From: Spirochaetia bacterium
Lineage (GTDB): Bacteria > Spirochaetota > Spirochaetia > DSM-27196 > Salinispiraceae
NCBI GenBank assembly: GCA_038204425.1
Contig: JBBRCZ010000006.1
Span: 64,001 to 128,000 of the forward strand
Direction of reading: 5' to 3'
DNA length: 64,000 bases
Below, in pieces: positions 38,619-46,794 of this stretch. Position 1 is the first letter of the stretch. The number at the start of each line of letters is the position of its first letter. A model generated the notes under the pieces. It did not search any database. It was not told where the DNA came from and saw only the letters and a program-made list of their open reading frames with translations. A program made the position numbers and the translations under genes.

Positions 38619-39710
38619 TTATGACCTCAGCGGCATCTTACTATGTTCTTTGGCTTGATCTAGCAGAATCAGCAAGTCATCATCTACTTTGTGTTGGCTC
38701 TTGCTTTGGCTGCGTTTGCTGATCAGAGCGAGTAAATCTTGAGATTCTTTTTGAAGTTCCATGGCCTTTTCGCTGGAACTGCCAGAGACGGTCCGGATAA
38801 CCTCTACCGCTAGCACAACGCCCTGGAGGGCACCAGCTACTGAAAGTAGGGTTTGCTTTTCAGCAAGAATTGCACTACTAGACTGGCGAGTCCGGTCTGC
38901 AACCTCTTGAATCTTAGCTTGAATTTCTTTGATGAGAATCTCAATGTTTTCGAGCGAATTGGCAGTGCTCTCGGCCAAGGATCTAATCTCATGGGCAACG
39001 ACTGCAAAGGCCAAACCGTGTGTTCCTGCTCGGGCAGCAACTATGGATGCGTTAATGCTTAAAATGTGCGTGCTGGATGCCACCTGACTCATAACTTCAA
39101 GAATACCGGTTATCTTCTGCGACTCGGTAAGCAAAAACTCAGTCTCTTTGAGCGACATTTCCATTTCGTCCGCCAGAGTTGAAACTTTGCTTTGCATTTG
39201 CTCAGAAAGGGTAAAGGCTTGCTCTGCATTAGCAGCCATATTTTCTGCTATTGCAAAAGCCTGACGATTGTTCTGGTGGATAAGACGGGAGCCTTCGTCT
39301 AGTCTGCTAACGATGGCACTGTCATCGCTTTGATCACTGGATGGATCAGTTTCTTCCAGCTCATCAACACTCATGGCTTCGAGCTTGGAAGTGACGGCAG
39401 CGATTATTGAGCTTAATGAGACCAGTTTTTCTTCCAGCAATAAACTCTTTGCAGTTTCACTTTCCAATCGTTGGTCTAGTTCGTTAACGAGAGCTTGAGC
39501 TTCGATGTTTTGCTTTTCTCTGGCATCGTCTTGTGTTGAACTCGTTTTGGCAAGGTTACGTGCAAGGCTTTGAGCTTGTAGCAGCCACACTATTGTTGAA
39601 AACACCACAGCAAGCGCCAAGACTAACGATAGACGAAGCCAAGGCGATGCCAGTAAAGTTGATAGTGACGCCAGAATAGAAAATGCCAGAAAAGGAAGCA
39701 ATTTACTCAA
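38619..39710 (-). CDS. Methyl-accepting chemotaxis-like protein with no periplasmic sensor
   Basis: Two adjacent N-terminal TMs; tip motif THILSINASIVAARAGTHGLAFAVVAHEIRSLAE. Confidence 0.85.
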   Translation of the reverse strand: MSKLLPFLAFSILASLSTLLASPWLRLSLVLALAVVFSTIVWLLQAQSLARNLAKTSSTQDDAREKQNIEAQALVNELDQRLESETAKSLLLEEKLVSLSSIIAAVTSKLEAMSVDELEETDPSSDQSDDSAIVSRLDEGSRLIHQNNRQAFAIAENMAANAEQAFTLSEQMQSKVSTLADEMEMSLKETEFLLTESQKITGILEVMSQVASSTHILSINASIVAARAGTHGLAFAVVAHEIRSLAESTANSLENIEILIKEIQAKIQEVADRTRQSSSAILAEKQTLLSVAGALQGVVLAVEVIRTVSGSSSEKAMELQKESQDLLALISKRSQSKSQHKVDDDLLILLDQAKEHSKMPLRS

Positions 39711-40083
39711 GGCTTACTGCCCCAGGAACTAAGAAAGTGAGCGTTGGCAGACTCGTTGCTTGCCAGGTTACTTCCTTGCTGTGCAATATTTTAATGGTAT
39801 AGCGCTTGTCGGAAGGAGCGGACGCAAGCGTCATGATCCATTTTGCCAAAGCCTTGATGCCAGATGAGTTAAGGAAAGTTAACGCCCTCATGTCTGCTTC
39901 CACTACTTTAATCCCACTTGACAAAGCGCCTTTGTGCACTTTATCAAAGAGTGGGTCTAGGATCACACTTGGATCCTGCATGTCGATCTCGCCAGTAATT
40001 ATGACCGAGATGCCATCGGGCTTGTCGGCTACTTCTATAGCTACTTTGCCTTGTTTTATCGGCTCTATGCTTAACTTGTTCAT
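39703..40083 (-). CDS. STAS-like phospho-acceptor (SiaC/Slr1659-like)
   Basis: GEIDMQDP, ADMRALTFLNSSGIKALAKWI, TWQATSL. Confidence 0.75.
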   Translation of the reverse strand: MNKLSIEPIKQGKVAIEVADKPDGISVIITGEIDMQDPSVILDPLFDKVHKGALSSGIKVVEADMRALTFLNSSGIKALAKWIMTLASAPSDKRYTIKILHSKEVTWQATSLPTLTFLVPGAVSLE

Positions 40084-40123
40084 TTTATGGTACTCCCTTG
40101 TTTTCCTTTTGTGGGTTAATCTA

Positions 40124-40600
40124 TCATTCTAGTTCTAGGCGGAATGTTACCGTGTCACTGGTTGTATCCAAAAAGATCTTACAACCTGTTTCGTAGCGAA
40201 TGCGAACCAAGCCAAGTTGGCTCTTGCCGTCACTGCGAACAGCGGCTTCCCTCATCATGGCAACATAAGCTTCGAGTGGATCGCCTTCCATAACTCTTTC
40301 AAAGAGTTTTTTTACGTAGGCGATAGATTCGGGAGTCGCTTTGTTGGACACTGCTATCGCCATTGCTTTTTCGCCGTCAGGAAAAAGTGCCATTTGAACC
40401 TTGGTTTCTTCTTCTGATGCATACTTGACGGCGTTCTCGAGCAATTCGCTCGCAGCCATAGCTATCTTATCTGCTTTTGCATTATCTGCAAGGCTAACTG
40501 CAAGGAAATTTTGAATGAATCCGCGTACTACTGCAATGTACTTCCAGCGCGGTCCAAACGCAAGCTTAATGTAACCATCGCGTTTCGTTGTTTCTGCCAT
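40124..40600 (-). CDS. GHKL-type Ser/Thr kinase (SiaB/Slr1658-like)
   Basis: N-box ASELLENAVKY, G2-like KSQLGLVRI; SD AAGGAGG; first gene of the kinase-STAS-MCP-PP2C operon. Confidence 0.75.
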   Translation of the reverse strand: MAETTKRDGYIKLAFGPRWKYIAVVRGFIQNFLAVSLADNAKADKIAMAASELLENAVKYASEEETKVQMALFPDGEKAMAIAVSNKATPESIAYVKKLFERVMEGDPLEAYVAMMREAAVRSDGKSQLGLVRIRYETGCKIFLDTTSDTVTFRLELE

Positions 40601-40653
40601 AATTGTGGCCTCCTTCTATCAACATTTAGCTCAGCCTGGGAACAGGTGGCCAA

Positions 40654-40671
40654 GAGAGAATCCATTCTCTC
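40654..40671. promoter_or_regulatory. Palindrome upstream of the partner-switch operon
   Basis: GAGAGAAT-CC-ATTCTCTC, perfect 8-bp arms. Confidence 0.3.
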
Positions 40672-40733
40672 CAGTCTAAAGGTTAGTGCATGCCGGATCA
40701 GACTTCAAGATAGACATTAGAAACAATTGACTT

Positions 40734-42479
40734 TCAGTTAAGAAAGCCTAGGCTAAGTTCTATAAAAGGTCGCCATTGTGCGGAATTTTCTTGCGCCATA
40801 AGCTGAGCGTCCCAGATAGCACCCGCGCCCACGAAGACGTTTAAGCCTGATTGGTCTGCAAGTCCTGTGTTAATGCCCAAGCGCAGACCTTGGTCGAGCA
40901 AGCCAAGACTGGCCCATTGGTCAAAGGCTCGAGATTGTAGGCTGGCTTGTACGGCAAGATAGAGCCAATCGAGATCAAGGCCCAGACTTAGGCCAGCGCT
41001 TAGACCGGCGTTCCAGTCAATCTGACGAGCGATGCTGCGGTAGGGGCCAAGATAGATGCCAAGCTCGAGCGTTGCAAAAAAGTGTTCATATTCAAACTGG
41101 ATAGTGTTTGAAAGCTTAAAGCCAGGTGTGCGAGAGAAGATCTCGCTTCCAAAAGGCAGTACTTTGTCCTGGTCAATGAGGTAAGCCATAAAGAACTGCA
41201 ACGAACCAGAAAAAACCTGGGCCAGTCGCGCTGGGGCATAGGCCCATTTTAGGTTGCTGCCAATCATAATGTCCGGTTCGGAACCACCAAGATCATTCTG
41301 GTTTTGGTCACTTGCAGTTTCAAGCATTAGTCCTGCCGAAACTTCTATATTGTCGCCAGTGCCGAGTCTCATGCTTGCTGAGAGACTTGTAGAAAGACTG
41401 TCATTTAGTTCTTCGCCCAAGGGCATCAGCATCAGTCCAAAAGCCGCCTGAATGGCGTTTGCCGCCAAGACGTGCGAGTCGTTTACTTGGGTGCTGCCAG
41501 AGAACAGCCCGTTTTGTGAACGATGTTTGAGAAAGCTGGAGCTGTCTATACTTACTGAGCCATTGAGAATCACCTCAGCGCCGCTGACGCTAGGGCCAGG
41601 TTGGAGCACAAGCCGGTAGCGATAGTCACCGTCGTCAAGACGCAAGCCTTGTGAGTCCTTTCCGTCCCACTCAATTTCCTGGAGCCACGTTTTAAAGTCC
41701 GAGCTTTTGGCGGTCCAGGCAACAAGACCATCTTTGCCAAAAAGCAGCAGTTCTGCTGAGCCCGGAGCGTCCACTTCAAAGCGCAGGTTGGTGGTACCAA
41801 GTTTGCCCAAGTTTTCCGGTCTAAAGCGACTGCGACTTGGAGAAACCAATCGAGCCGCAAAGGGTGCTGCTTCTAAGTCGACATACAAACTGGCAAGGTG
41901 ATCCTCTGCAACGTAAAACGCGACACTTTGGTCAACAAAAGCAAATGACCTTACGGTTACTGAGTTGCTTCCCGGGCGGATCTCGTAATAATCGCTTCCA
42001 ATGATGGTCTCGGCCTCTTTGCCGTTGACCAAGACTTGGTCAATCTTTTGGTTTGCGTCGACGCTGAGATAGGCGCGCTCAGGCTCCATGGTCACTTCGT
42101 ATAAATAACGATAGCCATTTCTTATTTGAATGGTTCCGTAAAAGGACTTGTAGTTGTTTCGTTCTACACGGTAGCTGTAAGTTCCGGCTGGAAGCCGCGC
42201 GACGGTTAACGGATTGCCAATGACGCGACGTCCATCTATCCACAATACGCAACCATCTGGATCAGTGTCGATGGAAAAAACATCGCTGGCTTCTGTCTTG
42301 GCGTCTTTTTCTATTTCTTGGCTTTTTTCTACACGAGAGTCTTTTATTTGATAAAACGGCAGCTGAAAATAGTCAATTTTTGCTCGCGCGCTTTGTGAGT
42401 ATGCGCTGCCGCAAAAGACGAGTAGCATAAAAAAGACCCAAAAACCGGTTTTTTTTGACCATAGTTTAAAAGCAATCAT
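40734..42479 (-). CDS. Exported PEGA + FlgD-Ig-like protein with a probable C-terminal beta-barrel
   Basis: Signal peptide; PEGA (IDTDPDGCVLWIDG...LPAGTYSYRVE); WDGKDSQGLRLDDGDYRY; amphipathic C-terminal strands; ATG 42479 after GGAG. Confidence 0.72.
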   Translation of the reverse strand: MIAFKLWSKKTGFWVFFMLLVFCGSAYSQSARAKIDYFQLPFYQIKDSRVEKSQEIEKDAKTEASDVFSIDTDPDGCVLWIDGRRVIGNPLTVARLPAGTYSYRVERNNYKSFYGTIQIRNGYRYLYEVTMEPERAYLSVDANQKIDQVLVNGKEAETIIGSDYYEIRPGSNSVTVRSFAFVDQSVAFYVAEDHLASLYVDLEAAPFAARLVSPSRSRFRPENLGKLGTTNLRFEVDAPGSAELLLFGKDGLVAWTAKSSDFKTWLQEIEWDGKDSQGLRLDDGDYRYRLVLQPGPSVSGAEVILNGSVSIDSSSFLKHRSQNGLFSGSTQVNDSHVLAANAIQAAFGLMLMPLGEELNDSLSTSLSASMRLGTGDNIEVSAGLMLETASDQNQNDLGGSEPDIMIGSNLKWAYAPARLAQVFSGSLQFFMAYLIDQDKVLPFGSEIFSRTPGFKLSNTIQFEYEHFFATLELGIYLGPYRSIARQIDWNAGLSAGLSLGLDLDWLYLAVQASLQSRAFDQWASLGLLDQGLRLGINTGLADQSGLNVFVGAGAIWDAQLMAQENSAQWRPFIELSLGFLN

Positions 42480-42530
42480 TGTTTTGGCTCCGTAAAAAGG
42501 GCTGAAACAGGCTAAGCCTGAGGAGGTCAC

Positions 42531-42947
42531 ATGAACAGTTTAAATTCAATTCTTCTGGAAGGCAATCTCACACGAGATCCAGATGGCAAAGCAACCCCAA
42601 AAGGGGTTCCGGTATGCACCTTTACGATCGCATCCAATCGTTTTTACAATCCTGGTGATGGCGTGCAAAAGGAAACGTCGTTTTTTGATGTAGAAACGTG
42701 GTCAGGACTAGCCGAACGCTGCTCGATTGAACTCAAGAAAGGTCGAGGCGTGCGTGTGGTGGGTCGGCTCAAGCAAGAACGCTGGCAAGATCCCGAAGGC
42801 AAAGGTCGAGTAAAAGTCAAAGTAGTGGCTGAACACGTTGAGTTTAAGCCAATTTTTGCCCGCAAGGAGCAAGAACAGGCCATCGAAGACGATGAAAACG
42901 AGGCATCGGTCGTGCTAGAAGAACAAGAAATGGAGTCGGTTTTGTAA
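42531..42947 (+). CDS. ssb: Single-stranded DNA-binding protein
   Basis: LNSILLEGNLTRDP, FTIASNR, FFDVETW, KGRGVRVVGRLKQERW; acidic tail; SD GGAGG. Confidence 0.95.
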   Translation: MNSLNSILLEGNLTRDPDGKATPKGVPVCTFTIASNRFYNPGDGVQKETSFFDVETWSGLAERCSIELKKGRGVRVVGRLKQERWQDPEGKGRVKVKVVAEHVEFKPIFARKEQEQAIEDDENEASVVLEEQEMESVL

Positions 42948-42965
42948 TCGCCTTACTGTTCCATC

Positions 42966-42995
42966 TTGACGCAGCAAGCTAGCTAACGCTATGGT
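42966..42995 (+). promoter_or_regulatory. sigma70 promoter of the trp operon
   Basis: TTGACG-18-TATGGT, 7 nt before the leader-peptide ATG. Confidence 0.6.
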
Positions 42996-43002
42996 AGTTT
43001 GT

Positions 43003-43065
43003 ATGGAAGTCAAGGAAATAGCAAAGAGCGATTTCATTATTCAAACTTGGTGGTGGCTCGGATAG
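43003..43065 (+). CDS. trpL: trp operon leader peptide MEVKEIAKSDFIIQTWWWLG
   Basis: 20 codons with three consecutive TGG (43048-43056), 149 nt upstream of trpE, followed by attenuator hairpins; below the ORF-track size cut-off. Confidence 0.88.
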   Translation: MEVKEIAKSDFIIQTWWWLG

Positions 43066-43128
43066 TTTTCGGGCCGGCTATGCTATGGACAAAGGCCCCG
43101 TGCGCTACGCTGGGAGTCTACCGAAACG

Positions 43129-43179
43129 AAGGTCGTACATCCTTGCCTTGGATGCGCGGCCTTTTTTTGTTTCTTTTTT
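43129..43179 (+). terminator. Attenuator (intrinsic terminator) of the trp leader
   Basis: Stem GGTCGTACATCC / GGATGCGCGGCC (43131-43161; two G-U pairs, one mismatch), then TTTTTTTGTTTCTTTTTT. Confidence 0.85.
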
Positions 43180-43214
43180 GCTTGGACAAGTAACTGAATG
43201 ATTTGGAGGACCGC

Positions 43215-45128
43215 ATGAGCGACAGAACGAGCGACAGAACAAGCGACAGTGAAATCATAATAAAAATTGTGCCTGGTGAAAAACATACACCGTATTCGTT
43301 GGCCGAAAAACTCGGCGCTCGCTGCATCCTAGAGTCATCGTCAATCGACAAAGGTCGCGAGCGCTATTCGGTGCTTTTGATTAAAGAGGCCTTTAAACTT
43401 ATTCAAGACCAAGAAGACATCTTGTTCCTGCGTCAAGGCGAGCAGAAACCCTACAAAGTGGTCTCGCGGGCGCGTGACATCCTCGATGTTTGCAGCTACT
43501 TTGCCGATCAGCATGATCCAGTGCGCCAAGGCTTTCCGTTACCATCAGGTGGGGTTGGATTTTTAAGCTACGAGTTTGCCCGTTTTTGCGACACGGTCAA
43601 CTTTGCTTATCAGGCTGACCCGCTCGGACTACCAGATGCCGCCTTTATTTTTGGCCACGTCTTTGTTATCTTTGACCATTATACTGACATGCTCTATCTG
43701 ATTGGTATCAACTATAAAGAAGCTAAGATTGACCTCCAAGTCCAAATAAACGCCTTGGAAAAGCGACTGTCAGGACAACGTGGCAGCGACTTAGAACATG
43801 ACATTGAACTGGGAGAACTTGAACAGCTAAATCAGAAGGAAAACGAAAAGGCTTGCGAAGTCTACTGTCTATCTAATCAAGAAGAAGACGAAGCTTACTA
43901 TCGCGCGGGGGTCGACAAAGTTCGCGAGCAGGTAATTGCTGGCAATCTCTTGCAAGCCGTTTTGTCGCGTCGTGTTGTTCTCTATAGCGACATCAAGGCG
44001 CTGCAAGCCTACCGCTACCTAAGATCAAACAATCCATCGCCTTATTTGTTCTATTTGGATTTTGGCAATTTTCAGATTTTTGGTGCCAGTCCTGAGGTTC
44101 ATGTTAAAGTTAAAGAGGGCAATGCTGTGCTTCGACCGATAGCTGGCACTCGGCGCCGCGGTAGCAGCAAGGACGAGGACAAGGCGCTTGAAGCCGAACT
44201 ACTTGCTGATCCAAAAGAAAAGGCAGAACACCTGATGTTAGTTGACCTTGGGCGCAACGACCTTGGTCGAGTATGCGAGGGTGGATCAGTTAAGGTAAGC
44301 GAACTGATGGGAATAGAACGTTACAGCCATGTGATGCACATCGTTAGCCAAGTAGAGGGCAAGCTTGCCAAGGGCAAGAACGGTATTGATGCACTAAGAG
44401 CGACTTTTCCAGCGGGGACCGTATCCGGAGCTCCAAAAATAAGAGCTATGGAAGTTCTCAGCAAAATTGAAAAAGAAAGACGTGGAATTTACGCCGGAGC
44501 TATAGGATACATTGAACCAGGTGGTGATTTGGACACCTGCATTGCCATAAGAACTGGTATCAAGATTGGCAAAAAGTTGATCTTTCAAGCTGGGGCTGGC
44601 ATAGTCTACGATTCCACCGCTGAGCGAGAACTCGAAGAAACGCGCGAAAAAATGGCCACTTTGCTCAGGTCAGTTGGGCTTGACCCGCACAAGGCGTTGA
44701 GTGCTCGTTTGCACAGCAACAATTTTGAAGACGACACCGACACCGACTTTGATGTTAGTGTGGGTTTTTCGGCAGCAGGCACTTCGGTTAAGTCAAAGTT
44801 GGCGCATCGAAAAGACAAAAAACCGCAAGAAAAAACCGAGATAGCAGCATCCAAGACAGTGACCGAACCGTCGGTTCAAAGCAGCATTGACAACTTGGTT
44901 GCGGAGAAGTCCCATGCCTCGCAGTTTGCCCAAAACCTAACCGACCATGTCCCTGACCCCTGGACCGAACAACAAGAGGACATGATGCCACTAGACTGGG
45001 ACTTTGACCCTGAGGGCTCAGGCGGATCAAAGGAAATTCAGTTAGAAATCGATGCTCTTATTCGCAACCGCGCCGAGCACACGCTTGGTGGCACCGAAGA
45101 ACTCGAAGAACTAGAAGAACTGGAGTAA
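43215..45128 (+). CDS. trpE: Anthranilate synthase component I with a long acidic C-terminal extension
   Basis: LESS, GGVGFLSYE, NPSPYLF, GASPE, RPIAGTRRRG, AEHLMLVDLGRND, FPAGTVSGAPKIRAME, QAGAGIVYDS; ATG 43215 after GGAGG. Confidence 0.95.
   Translation: MSDRTSDRTSDSEIIIKIVPGEKHTPYSLAEKLGARCILESSSIDKGRERYSVLLIKEAFKLIQDQEDILFLRQGEQKPYKVVSRARDILDVCSYFADQHDPVRQGFPLPSGGVGFLSYEFARFCDTVNFAYQADPLGLPDAAFIFGHVFVIFDHYTDMLYLIGINYKEAKIDLQVQINALEKRLSGQRGSDLEHDIELGELEQLNQKENEKACEVYCLSNQEEDEAYYRAGVDKVREQVIAGNLLQAVLSRRVVLYSDIKALQAYRYLRSNNPSPYLFYLDFGNFQIFGASPEVHVKVKEGNAVLRPIAGTRRRGSSKDEDKALEAELLADPKEKAEHLMLVDLGRNDLGRVCEGGSVKVSELMGIERYSHVMHIVSQVEGKLAKGKNGIDALRATFPAGTVSGAPKIRAMEVLSKIEKERRGIYAGAIGYIEPGGDLDTCIAIRTGIKIGKKLIFQAGAGIVYDSTAERELEETREKMATLLRSVGLDPHKALSARLHSNNFEDDTDTDFDVSVGFSAAGTSVKSKLAHRKDKKPQEKTEIAASKTVTEPSVQSSIDNLVAEKSHASQFAQNLTDHVPDPWTEQQEDMMPLDWDFDPEGSGGSKEIQLEIDALIRNRAEHTLGGTEELEELEELE
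43218..43249 (+). repeat. 12-bp tandem repeat at the trpE 5' end
   Basis: AGCGACAGAACG AGCGACAGAACA AGCGACAG, encoding SDRT SDRT SD. Confidence 0.85.
45096..45125 (+). repeat. 9-bp tandem repeat at the trpE 3' end
   Basis: GAAGAACTC GAAGAACTA GAAGAACTG GAG, encoding EELEELEELE. Confidence 0.8.
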
Positions 45129-45132
45129 GAAC

Positions 45133-46794
45133 ATGATCTTAATTATCGATAATTTTGATTCTTTCACCCATAACCTCTATCAATATTTCCGCGAGATTAG
45201 TTCTGATGAGGTCAAAGTCGTCAGAAATAACGCGATCACTATTGAACAGATTGCTATAATGCAACCAAGTCACATAGTGATCTCACCGGGACCAGGCAGA
45301 CCCGAGGAAGCTGGAATCTCCGAAGAAGTTATTTTGCGCTTTATGGGCCAGATTCCGATCTTGGGAGTGTGTTTGGGCCATCAAGCAATAGGTCATGCCT
45401 TGGGTGGGCGCATCGTTGGCGCAGACCGAATTGTGCATGGCAAAGTCGAAGGAATTGAAGTGGACGGCAAGGGCATTTTTCGCTCAATTCAGAGCCCTGC
45501 AAATTTTACACGCTATCATTCTTTGGCGGTGGAAGAGTCCAGTCTGCCTGCAGAGCTTGAGATTAGTGCGCGCAGTCCTGACGGTCAAATTATGGGGCTG
45601 AGGCACAAACAATACATTCTCGAAGGTGTGCAGTTTCATCCCGAGTCGATTGCCAGCGAAGAGGGTAAGAAGCTCCTACGCAATTTTCTCAACTATCGCC
45701 GCGAAGCCTTTGATTCAGTCAACGTTCTTTCCAAGATTATGGCACGCAATGACTTAAGCTCGGACGAGGCCGCACTTTTTATGGAAGAACTAACCGAAGG
45801 CAACCTCAACGATTTGCAAATTACAGGATTTTTGACGGCTCTGGCGACCAAGGGCCCCAATGCTGATGAGATCGCTGGATGTGCGCGGGTGCTTAAACGC
45901 AAGCTGCTGCCAATCAAAGCCGCCGCCGACAAAGAATGTCTTGACACTTGTGGCACCGGCGGCGATGGACTACACAGTTTTAACATTTCTAGTATGGCAG
46001 CCTTAGTTGTATCGGCTTGTGGCATCCGCGTAGCCAAACATGGCAACCGCGCCGTCAGTTCACAAGCTGGTAGTGCCGATTTTTATGCAGCGCTTGGTAT
46101 TGAAATACAATTGACTGCAGCCGAATCCACGACTATGCTCAACACCAACGACTTTGCTTTTTTGTTTGCCCCAAACTACCATAGCGCTATGCGTTTTGCC
46201 GGCAACGCCCGCCGTGCTCTACGAGTAAAAACAATTATGAACTTGATGGGACCCTTGGTTAATCCTGCTTCAGCTGGCTATCAGCTGATCGGCGTTTATG
46301 ACCAAGGCTTGTGCTTACCCATGGCCCAGGCGGCAACTATGCTTGGTTCTAAGCGAGTGATGGTAGTGCACGGCCTTGATGGTATGGACGAGATCTCGGT
46401 AAGTGGAGCCAGTCGCATCGTGCTTATGGGACGTGAAGGCGAACATCAAGATTACGTTTTTGACCCACGAGAGAACGGTTTGGAGATTTTTCCGATTGAA
46501 GCTCTGCGTGGTGGAAATGCGGAAATGAATGCAGCCATGGCTAGGGTTTTGGCCGGTCTGGATGGGGTTGAGCAGCTTGCTACTTTGCACTTTCATCCCA
46601 ATGCGCTTGCGGCTTGCAAACAAGCAGTTTTGCTCAACGCCGGCGCTGCTCTGCATGTAGCAGGCAAAGCTGCATCAATAATGGCCGGCTATAGCGTGGC
46701 CGAGCAAGCCTTGAGAGACGGCGGTGTGGCCCGCAAAATATTGGCCAGTATCCAAATGAGTCATGCTCTCTTTGGTAGTGGAGGAAGGCTCTAA
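45133..46794 (+). CDS. trpD: Fused anthranilate synthase II (TrpG) / anthranilate phosphoribosyltransferase (TrpD)
   Basis: IDNFDSFT, SPGPG, GVCLGHQ, QFHPES; then DTCGTGGDG, FNISS, KHGNRAVSS, GMDEIS. Confidence 0.95.
   Translation: MILIIDNFDSFTHNLYQYFREISSDEVKVVRNNAITIEQIAIMQPSHIVISPGPGRPEEAGISEEVILRFMGQIPILGVCLGHQAIGHALGGRIVGADRIVHGKVEGIEVDGKGIFRSIQSPANFTRYHSLAVEESSLPAELEISARSPDGQIMGLRHKQYILEGVQFHPESIASEEGKKLLRNFLNYRREAFDSVNVLSKIMARNDLSSDEAALFMEELTEGNLNDLQITGFLTALATKGPNADEIAGCARVLKRKLLPIKAAADKECLDTCGTGGDGLHSFNISSMAALVVSACGIRVAKHGNRAVSSQAGSADFYAALGIEIQLTAAESTTMLNTNDFAFLFAPNYHSAMRFAGNARRALRVKTIMNLMGPLVNPASAGYQLIGVYDQGLCLPMAQAATMLGSKRVMVVHGLDGMDEISVSGASRIVLMGREGEHQDYVFDPRENGLEIFPIEALRGGNAEMNAAMARVLAGLDGVEQLATLHFHPNALAACKQAVLLNAGAALHVAGKAASIMAGYSVAEQALRDGGVARKILASIQMSHALFGSGGRL

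Noticed and set aside
40621..40700. TTTAGCTCAGCCTGG resembles a tRNA D-arm
   Set aside because: No TTCGA T-loop, acceptor stem or cloverleaf follows
42999..43193. 64-aa ORF in the trp leader from the ORF track, and a possible T-box
   Set aside because: The ORF runs through the terminator in a different frame from the WWW peptide; no T-box consensus (AAnnnGGGTGGnACC) is visible
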